Below, in pieces: positions 11,454 to 21,108 of a stretch of 39,448 nucleotides of DNA. Numbering within the stretch: the stretch's first letter is position 1; each line of letters starts with the position of its first letter. Made by a program: the position numbers and the translations under genes. The stretch comes from Nemertoderma westbladi (Eukaryota; Animalia; Xenacoelomorpha): the NCBI GenBank assembly GCA_032718475.1, contig JAUCBJ010007181.1, forward strand, positions 1-39,448, in the 5' to 3' direction. The notes beneath the pieces were generated by a model. The model did not search any database. It saw only the letters and a program-made list of their open reading frames with translations, and was not told the origin of the DNA.

Positions 11454-14400
11454 TTAAATATAGAGAAAGGTGGATGAGTCGTCATCTTCGATCTTAGTCA
11501 GTAAGTAGTCCTTCAGTTTATGTTTAAATGTTACTAATGAAGAGCACTCAGTTAGAACCTTTGGGAGTGCATTCCATAGTTTTGGACCATAGAAACTGAA
11601 AGTGGTCTGTCCATAAATTGTCTTCCGATCAGGAATCAATGCCCTATCTTGAGAAGAGCGGAGACCGCTTCGTCCTTCATTGAAAGTGACCATGTGGTTC
11701 ATGTACTCTGGCGAGAGGCCGTTTCTGACTCTAAACATGTGTGATAAAATAACTGATTGCACTCGCTCGCGGAGGGGAAGCCAGTTGATTGCAACATAAT
11801 GTGTAGCATTAATATGGATACGAGGGCCAAGACCGAGGCAGAAACGGATGCATCTTCTTTGAAGGGCTTCAACATTAGTTCGAAGTTTCTTTGTGATGGT
11901 GAAAAACCAAGTGGGTGCAGCATAGTCAATGTGTGGCTGGATGAGTGAGTTGCAAAGTAGTCGTCTAAGGGAACGGTCGAGGATGGCACCATGTCGATGA
12001 AGGAAGCGTAGACGCGAGTTTCCTTTTTTTAATACTCTAAGCACCATTTCCATACCAGTAAGGGATTCATTTATGGTGGCTCCTAGGTAGGTTACTGCTT
12101 TCTTTGTAGATATACGGTTTCCATTGCAGTATACCTCTAAGGGATACGGTGCAGCTGCTAATCTCTGATGAGTTCCAAATAAAATACATTCGGTTTTCTC
12201 AAAGTTAATACTCAGTCAATTGTCAAGGCACCAGTCTGATACTTTGTCCATGGTGGCAGATAGTGTTGACGATATTGCCTGAACACAGCTATTGGCAGTG
12301 AGGAGACCAACATCATCGGCAAATTTAGGGGGCAGGATGGAATCGTCAGAGGTTGGAGTTGCTATAGGGGAGGAGTCTGGGATCGAACAGGCTGTGCAAC
12401 AGACGTCTTTACTGTTCATGGATGAAGGTAATATTTGGTCAAAGTCGTTAGTTGCTAAACCAAATAACAATACTGCCAATATAGCGCCTTGAGGCACACC
12501 ATCATCGACTACCTGTGGAGTTGAAGTAGCAGTACCAATATCGACGTATTGCATCCGACCGTTTAGGTACGATTTAAACCAATTCTGTGTAGCTGGGTCG
12601 GCACCTATAGCTCTCAGTTTTTGTATTATGATGCCATGGTTTAGAGTATCAAACGCTTTGCGAAAATCAATCAGTATCATACCAGTTAGTAGGCCATGGT
12701 CGATTGCTTCTCTGATGTAGTTATCAACCAATAAGAGTGTTGTATCAGTGGAAAACATAGGTCGAAATCCAGACTGGAACTTATTCATAAGGTGTTTTGA
12801 AGTTACATAGAAAAACATTTGGTCATATGCAATGCGTTCAAGTATTTTCGACAGTATTGGAAGGTTGGAAAGGGGCCTGTTATTACCGCTGATTATCACT
12901 GGACCTTTTTTATGGGCAGGGACTACACGAGCTATTTTATAGTTATCAGGAAAGATTGAAGATGAGATAGACAAGTTGACTAAGTGGGTAAACGGTTTTA
13001 TCAGCGCAATTGCCCCATCACTGATTATGCGTGAAGGGATACCATCAGGGCCTCCAGCTTTACAGGGGTCAATCTTAGAGAATATTTTGGCAACGTCATC
13101 CTCTTCAACTGGGTGCAGGCTGAACGCGTTCTCCGTTACTCCGAGTCCCTTGTAGTATTCCAGTGTAGATTCAAAGCCATAACGGCCTGGTGGTTTAGGC
13201 ATTGCTGATACTAGTTCTTTTGCAATATTAGTGAAGTAGGTATTGAGGTGCTCGCAGACTTTCGATGGATCATGTGAAATTTCGCCATCAATTAAAAGGC
13301 TTTTAGTGGTTGTCTTGGAGTGGGCTCCTTGCTTTCTAGTAGGAGGACCGATAGTCTTAAGAACTTTCCACAGTTTCTTGCTATCACCAGTTGCATTTTT
13401 CAATTGTAGACTAATGTACGATACCTTTTTACATTTTATGAGGTTGGTTGCTTTGTTTCTTAGGACTCTAAAGGCCTCCTGGTTTAGGAGTGTTCTTTCA
13501 TTGTGGAATTTGAGAGAGGCTCTATTGCGGGCGATGATTGCGTCTTTCACCTCCCTATCAACCCATGGTTGTGAGAGAGATTTTATGCGGCATTTCCGAA
13601 AAGGAGCAATTTCATCTAAAATACTTGTTAACACATTATCCACTATGGTTGCTGCAGTATTGACATCTGTTGTATATGGCAAATCTTGTAGGGATGTATT
13701 ATTTGTCAGTTTTTCGAGCAATATCTCTTTGGAGTAAGTTGAGTAAGAACGGCAGTTACTAGTCAGGGGAATAGCTGGTTTTGGTTTTTGTCTTTTTCTT
13801 GTAACAAAAATTATGTAGTGGTCACTTAGACGTTCCTTAATAACTCCACTGCTTGTAATCATATTTGGTTGCGAAACAAAGGCATGGTCAATTAATGTGG
13901 CTGTAGAAGCTGTGACCCGAGTTGCTTCAGTTATTAACTGGCAGAGACCAAGTGCATTGGTGAAGCTGTATAGGCTTTGCAGGAGGCCATCGATAGCAAG
14001 GAGGGGTGGTATGCATTTGTAGTTACCTAACAGGTCTATGTTAGTATCCCCCAGAATGATTATCTCACCGTATTTTGAGGTATCGCCAAGGAATGAGACC
14101 AGATTGTCAAACATATTTTTGTCACTGTCGGGTCGGTATACCACACCAAGCAGAATTGTCTTTGTGCTAGGTAATGATAGTTCACCCAATAGAACCTCAG
14201 ATGTGCAATTGTAGCTCCATTCTAGAACATCAAATACAAGACTTGAGTTGATATAGATAGCGACTCCACCTCCATTTCTATTCCTATCGCGCCGAAAGAT
14301 ATTATATCCAGGAATACCAATTTCGGCATTAGTGATAGAATCATCAAGCCATGACTCAGAAATCATGAGAATATCAATTGAGCCTGGTTCTAATATACAT

Positions 14401-14540
14401 TTTAGTTCGGGAATCATAGGAAGCAAGCTGCGTATATTAGCATGGGCTACATGGACTCCCCTGGTGTCAAACTGACTCAACCATTCATAGAGAGGAGGAT
14501 AAGGAGAATCTTTTGGGTCAACATAGTGGCGCGGTGATAG
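11454..14540 (-). pseudogene. LINE ORF2 (AP endonuclease + reverse transcriptase) with one in-frame TGA at 12216-12218
   Basis: APE motifs NIRSL, SESWL, RRDRNRNGGGVAIY, GDTN, TLIDH, SDH; RT motifs QSGFR, DFRKAFD, GVPQG, FADD. After the stop the frame continues LSINFEKTECILFG...YLG into the 11454-12053 ORF. Confidence 0.92.
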
Positions 14541-15737
14541 TCAATCTAAAATATCAAATGGGTTTTGTGGACTTCCATTTGCAGCTGTTGTTTGGAGGTG
14601 TTGCCGTCTTGAGAATTGTTCACGACGCTTGACTCGTTGTTTATATGCAAGTTGTCGCTCGAACTCGGATAAGTCTCTATTGAAATATATACGCTCTTGA
14701 TTGACAGTAAAGTACCGTTTTGCAATTAAGTTAGATGCATCAGCCTCGGTGTTAAATGATAGTAATACAGGTCGAGACCGTCCATCATCCCTTTTCTTAC
14801 CAAGACGTGTAATTGTTCGGAAGTGTAGCTTCTCGCCTAGAGCTTTCTCGAGAAAAGCACTGTCACAATGATGTTGATCTTCCATGTTGCTCCCTGATAG
14901 GTCACCAGGCATTTTATTGATAATGACATTGAACTTCCTTATTGCATTTTGCTTGATAATTTTTTCAACTCCAGCTGCATTGAATTCTCTGGTGATGTTT
15001 GTAGGGTTGGAAATTTTGTCGTTGATCGTCTTTAATTCTTCACAGTTTTTCTTTACCATGTCTGCCCATGTTGGGGTACAGTCAGATGGCTTTAATTCAT
15101 GTACAATTGCTTAAAGATCATCCATACGACGAGTTGAGTCGACCTTGAAAGCGTCAGTATTTTCAAACCTGTATTGTAGTTCGGCCAGTTTATTTGTTGT
15201 CGCAACTTGGAATGAATCAATCTTATTTGTTAAGGTTGCATCGAGTTCATTTATTGTTGAAGTAAGTTGTGATGTATCGTTGCGAACATCATTCGTTAAG
15301 TTTCTCAGATGGACTAGTTGTTTCGATAGGTTGCTGTTGTCTATCAGTAGGGTAGCTTGATCAGCTTCCAACTTTTCAATCTTTTGAGCAGAACACACAC
15401 CGCAAATAAAGTTTTGTGAGGATATGTCAAGCTCAACAGCCACCTGCGTTTCAATTTCAGTCCAGGTAATTTGGCAGATGGAGCATTCAATCTTTGTGGT
15501 GATCCATTCTCTCGGTTTTGCTTTTTTCCTCTGCGATACTGTGGAAATTGTGTTCGTAGATGCACAGTAACCATCAGTAGATGTCCGTTGGGACATTGTG
15601 TTATTTTGTTTGGTTTTATTGGTGGTGTTCCCAGCCGAAGTTCGCGTTGCTGTAGATTTTGACGAACCGATTAGGGATACTCTTCTGTTGCTTGGAGAGC
15701 TGGTCTGCCTATCAATTGTGGCACTGGCAGTCGACAT
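14541..15737 (-). pseudogene. LINE ORF1 (Cys-rich/PHD-like + coiled coil + C-terminal domain) with one in-frame TAA at 15111-15113
   Basis: CSICQ...FICGVC, heptad region, then *AIVHELKPSDCTPTWADMVKK in frame with the 14541-15059 ORF (RLGKK..SRPVLLSF, IYFNRDLS..ER), typical of CR1-group ORF1. Confidence 0.85.
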
Positions 15738-16254
15738 CTTGTATTGTAACCCGGATTGAATATCTTTAGACTTATTCAATACAGTATAATCCGCAGTATC
15801 AACAGATCAAATGAATATCCTTAATCTTCTTCAATATATAATATAATATAAATAAAATAAACCGCAGAGTAAAAAGTAGGCAAGTAGGAGTGTACAATCA
15901 GTGTCTGTATACCTCCATATCCATTGCACAATGTACTGGACATGATTTATTTGTTGTTACATTACAGCATTGTATTGACCTGTACATTTAGTATTGTATT
16001 TGGTGTTATTGTTTACGTGGTCACCATGACGGCGTTAAGTAATGTCCACTAAGGCAGTAAGGGGACATTCCTTAACGCCGTCATTGGATACCACGTAAAC
16101 AATAGGTGAAAATTTGCCTGACAGCCAGATAGGCCTAGTGCATTACCTACCGGTAGGCGGGGTATAGCTATTAATAACCAGTAGGGCCTAGCTATATTAT
16201 TATAACGGCTCCAAACGCCGCGATAAATATAAGCTAACTTATATATAACATAAT

Positions 16255-16452
16255 TTATGTCATTTTTACAATTATTTATACAGCAACTAATATAATTTGT
16301 GCAGTTTCTATCACTTATAATGTATATGTACAATCATTAAAGTCCTGACCTCATACTTGGACGGCCCCTTATGTCATTTTTACAATTATTTATACAGCAA
16401 CTAATATAATTTGTGCAGTTTCTATCACTTATAATGTATATGTACAATCATT
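16255..16452 (+). repeat. 84-bp direct duplication (16255-16338, 16369-16452) around a 30-bp insert
   Basis: Two identical copies of ttatgtcatttttacaatt...gtacaatcatt; the right arm of the palindrome has only one. Confidence 0.9.
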
Positions 16453-17227
16453 TCACAATGTTAAAATTTTGGAATAAAACTACATATATACTTGTTGCAA
16501 AATACTTTACGATGTTCTGATATCTGATCCACGTGGCTTTATTTTCACTAACTATCACTAACGTTCGTTCGTGTAACAAAGCCACTCGGATCATCACACT
16601 GTAAAGTGCTACTTTACACACAAGTATGTAAATAGTTATTGCATACTTTGTGTGTAAAGTAGTACTTTACAGTGTGATGATCCGAGTACTTTGTTACACG
16701 AACAAACGTAGTGAGTGAGTGAAAATAAAGCCACGAGGATCAGAACACTGTAAACGTAAAGTACTTTGCAACAAGTTTTATTCCAAAATTGTAACATTAC
16801 GAAATGATTGTATATACATTATAAGTGATAGAAACTACACAAATTAAATTAGTTGCTGTATAAATAAATGTAAAAATGACATAAATTATGTTATAAATAA
16901 GTTAGCTTTTATTATGGTGGCGTTTGGAGCCATGTTAATTGTTTATAGCTACTGGTTATTAATATGTAGCTATATCCCGCCGTCCGATAGGTAATACAGT
17001 AGGCCTATCTGGCTGTGAGGCAAACACCACCTATTGTTTACGTGGTAACCAATGACGGCGTTAAGTAATGTCCACTAAGGGGACATTACTTAACTACTAA
17101 CACCAAATACAATACTAAATGTACAGGCCAATACAATGCTGTAATGTCCTCAAAAGTTGTAAAGTGCTAAATAACAATAACTCGCTTTAATACTAACGGC
17201 GTTGAGTAATGTTACAATTTTGGAATG

Positions 17228-17420
17228 ATAATATTGAATATATTGAATAATAATATTTAATATATATTGAATAATAATATTGAATATATATTGAATATAT
17301 ATTGAATAATAATATTGAATATATATTGAACATATATTGAATAATAATATTGAATATATATTGAATATATGTTGAATGTTAATATTGAATATATATTGAA
17401 TAATAATTGAATAATTAATA
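17228..17420. repeat. AT-rich microsatellite (attgaatatat / attgaataata)n
   Basis: Read directly; begins immediately after the foldback's right end. Confidence 0.9.
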
Positions 17421-18243
17421 AAAATATGAATAATTTTATTTATAATTAAAAAATAATTGATGGTCGACCAAAAATTATTAATTTACAGTCGACCATAAAA
17501 TTAATAAAATTTTCTTAATTTCTGGAAGTTTGAATTTCCCGGTACCTTGTAGGGCGAGATTTGGGCAGGCCATTCATTACAGTACTTTAAGTAATTACAT
17601 TCAAATTAACGTGCAATTGGATGGTTTCCCAATACCAGTAATCACGATAACCCCTTTTACCACAGCCCGCAATACCACCACGGGAACGACCATGACATTT
17701 ATAGGGGCCCTCCACAACAATAATCCCAATTATCAGTTTCGTTGTACAAGGTTGCATTGATACGGCGACTTCGCTATTTAAAACCACAACAAAACAATAT
17801 CATTACACAGTATTACAACTTAATTATAAAACTACGAAAATTATCTAGAATTATTTCAGCAATAAAACATCTACATAATTAATTTGACTCCTTCTAATCA
17901 AGTGTGGTGCCTTGATGTGTGCAGGGATATTGTAGACGATGTCATTGGGGAATTTGAGGATTAGCATTTGCAAGCACATAGTTTAACGTTATTTATATTT
18001 ATTTTAGATTTCTGCCTAATGTTGATTTAGTGCGGTCCAAATCATTTTCATTATATACGAGTTACATTTATATCTCTATCTCTATATTTTTTCAATGCCG
18101 TGATTATTTACCTAATTTTGTGCTTTATATACCGGTGAATTTATTTAGTTGTATGTACATATTACTCTCTGTACCCATATATTTCGTATATTGGAGTATG
18201 AATATAATAATAATAATTATTATGTTCTTCAAGGCATATATGC

Positions 18244-18354
18244 ACTGTATATGCGCATTGATTATATGGCACTGTATATGCGCTTTGATTATATGGCACT
18301 GTATATGCGCTTTGATTATATGGCACTGTATATGCGCTTTGATTATATGGCACA
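18244..18354. repeat. 27-bp tandem repeat x4
   Basis: cactgtatatgcgctttgattatatgg units. Confidence 0.95.
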
Positions 18355-18435
18355 TTGTTTTGAACGTAATTTTTACTTAAACTCCTCCTACGACGTCCTT
18401 TATAATATATATTTACATTTGTTTAATATCAATTC

Positions 18436-18553
18436 ACTATGGGGTAAGTGGACAGTCGTAGTGGGGTTACTGGACTATGGGGGTTAAAGGGTATAGTGGA
18501 CATAGTGGGGTTAGTGGACATACTGTAGTGGGGTTAGTGGACATAGTAGACAT
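18436..18553. repeat. ~18-bp G-rich minisatellite, left part
   Basis: ggggttagtggacat(agt/tat) units, same family as 20008-20495. Confidence 0.85.
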
Positions 18554-20010
18554 GTACCGAACAGTAAGAGTCCCACAAGAAATGAAAACAAATAAGTTGA
18601 TGCCAGTTCCCACGAAGGGCAACCTAACACTATGGTTCTTTTCGGGGAATCTCATTGGTCTCGATTGCTGCAAGGCTATACAATAGAATTCTATTAAATC
18701 GCATCAGGGATCGCATTGAGAGACTGCTCCGTGGAAATAAGAATGGGTTCCGCAAAGGTTGTGGGACCATGGAGCCCATTTTGGCACTTAGAAGGAGAAT
18801 TGAAGAGTTATCAAAAAAGAAAGACAGGCAGGCATCTGGCTGTTATCTTTGTTGACTTCTTCAAGGCCTTTGATTCAGTCTCTCGCTCACGTATGTTCAG
18901 CATACTTTCATTATATGGGATTCCTGATGAAATTATTGCAGCAATCAGATCAGTATACTATGGTTCGACAACATTTGTGGCTACTGTTGACGTTGACACA
19001 GAACCATTTGACGTGTTATGGGGTGTCCTCCAGGGAGACACACTTGCACCATTCTTGTTCATAATTGTGGTTGACTATGTTCTACGCATGTCCTTAGATC
19101 ATCATAATGATGATGGGGTGATGATAACTCCACCAACTGGCTCCAGAAGTCGAGGAAATCCTGCCAAGTACCTAACTGATCTATACTTTGCTGATGACTT
19201 AGGAGTACTCTCAGAATCACTAGAGGGAGCCCAGCGGCCTCTCAGCTCATTAGAACATGCTGCTTCTAGTGTTGGTCTTTTTATTAACTCCCGAAAGACC
19301 AAACTTTTGACAGTTAACTTTGAAAGTCATCAGCAAGTCTGTGATCGGATGAGCATAAGCTCAAAGGATGGTATGCTTGAGCATGTTGACGACTCTGTTG
19401 CCTGGGATCATGGATCAGGAAGTCAGGTGAGGACCTTCGAATACGTAAGGGAAAGGCATGGGCTGCCTTGAATAGGCTTTCCAGGATTTGAAAGTCACCG
19501 AGAATTAATCGGAAACTTAAGGTCCGATTATTTAGAGCAGCAATAGTTCCAGTACTCCTCTATGGGAGTCCATGCTGGGCTCTAACTGCTGAGGACACCA
19601 AATCTCTGGATGGCACATTCACAAGAATGCTACGCCGGGTTTATCGTGTCAAGTACAATGCACACATCTCAAACCAGACACTATATAACATTGGAGGTGT
19701 CTCATTGGTTCCCCCAAGCTTGACACTAGAACAAAATCGCCTCCGCTTTGCAGGACATTGCTTACTCCGTGAGGACCAGCCAGTGCATAATCTTGTACTT
19801 TGGCAGCATCATGGAGTGAAAAAGCATGGTGGACAGCCCATGACTTTCTTGAGACGCATCTTAAAGGACACAGGCCTTGAAGATGCGGATGATCTAGCAA
19901 CTATCATGGGTGATAGAGAGTTGTGGCGGCGCAATTTTGTCGACAAGCCGGCACAGCTTTCTTAAAAATGCAGCTGCAATGCAGCATTCCGATCCTAGTA
20001 GTAGTAGTAG
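18554..20010 (+). mobile_element. 5'-truncated, frameshifted RTE-clade LINE (RT region and 3' end)
   Basis: PVPTKGNL; SIAARLYNRILLNRIR..NGFRKG; FVDFFKAFDS; GVLQGDTLAPFLFIIVVDYVLR; YFADD; RLRFAGHCL..DQP; DRELWR, spread over several frames. (TAG)n tail at ~19996-20010. Confidence 0.88.
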
Positions 20011-20495
20011 GACATAGTGGGGTAAGTGGACATGAGGGGGCTAGTGGACATTATTGTGTTAGTGGACATTATGGGGTTAGTAGACAGGACATAGTGGGGT
20101 TGGTGGGGTCAGTGACAGTGGCCATAGTGGCGCTAGTGGACATAGTGGGGTTAGTGGACATAGTAGGGTTAGTGGACATAGTGGGGTAAGTGGACATAGT
20201 GGGGTTAGTGGACATATTGTGATTAATGGACTATGGGTTTGTGGACATTGTGGGATTAGTGGACATTATGGGGTTAGTGGACATTGTGGGATTAGTGGAC
20301 ATTATGGGGTTAGTGGACATTATTGGGTAAGTGGACATTATGGGGTTAGTGGACATTATGGGGTTAGTGAACATTATGGGATTAGTGGACATTATAGAGT
20401 TAGTGGACATTATGGGGTTAGTGGACATTATGGGGTTAGTGGACAATATGGGATTAGTGGACATTATGGGATTAGTGGACATTATAGGGTTAGTA
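20008..20495. repeat. ~18-bp G-rich minisatellite, right part
   Basis: gttagtggacattatggg units; they explain the spurious GHYGVS/STNPIM ORFs. Confidence 0.95.
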
Positions 20496-21108
20496 GGCGT
20501 AACGTCCAAAGTACACTAAGTCCATCCACATGGAATTTGCAGTCAATTTGCACTAGAGATCATTTTTTCACTTGCGGTAAATTTCCACACTCTGTAATTT
20601 TCATAACACTTGTAATGTTTTTTTTTGTATAATATTGACATCAAAAAGTCAATGTCAGATTGTACAGTGTACAGATTAAGGTTAAAGTAATAAAGTAACC
20701 AATCATAATTAAGTTCTAGGACGTGTTAAGCTGGTGAGATGTAACAGGTGTGGGTAGTATACGATTGATCCAAATACTATAGACAAATACGATTGCTATC
20801 GTATGCTTACGGATACGGACTCTAGTTTAACCCAGCAGGTCCGCTACTGCTTTTAGTTGCCTAGACCTGTGGGCTGTAGACCATATCCAGGTACCTGACC
20901 GCTGCCCGCTGTCCAGTTCATGTCGCTGTGACTTGCAGTGTAGTGCTGTAGTGCATTTAGACCACTGAATTCTGGCAGTAGGAAGTAAAGTACCAGTCCT
21001 ACCAGTGCCAGTCGTATCCTGTATTTCCGAACAACAATTCCCTAGGATATATTTTTCCACTTTACCTCTCATTGCTCCTCTACAGCTCTATCTCTGTATC
21101 TGTTTGTG

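Larger units (their letters stand above)
10721..15935 (-). mobile_element. Near full-length CR1/L2-group non-LTR retrotransposon
   Basis: ORF1, APE-RT ORF2, ~730-nt 3' UTR with short duplications, and an A-rich/(TCAAA)n tail at 10721-10747. The 5' boundary is approximate. Confidence 0.92.
10650..17226. mobile_element. Nested palindromic (foldback) element; left arm 10650-10725 + ~15958-16634 split by the LINE, right arm ~16637-17226
   Basis: The reverse complement of 17150-17226 matches 10650-10725 (ttccaaaattgtaacattactcaacgccg.tagtattaa..gcgagtt...cttttga) and continues at ~15958 (acattacagcattgtattg). Arms stay complementary to a centre at ~16635. Confidence 0.88.

Noticed and set aside
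12216-12218. Selenocysteine or programmed readthrough inside ORF2
   Set aside because: The position is normally Arg/Lys (N-x-L), so CGA-to-TGA decay is simpler; no SECIS recognised.
16597-16673. CACTGTAAA/TTTACAGTG as ends of the CACTA element
   Set aside because: These lie inside the foldback core, upstream of the element, with no similarity beyond 9 bp.
17530-17787. Possible exon or endonuclease fragment (GRSRGGIA)
   Set aside because: Too short, with no supporting motifs or splice pairing.
18030-18487. ORFs with WHCICALII repeats
   Set aside because: Products of the 27-bp tandem repeat.
20219-20632. Gly/His/Tyr-rich repeat protein (GHYGVS)n
   Set aside because: Translation of an 18-bp minisatellite that is open in several frames.
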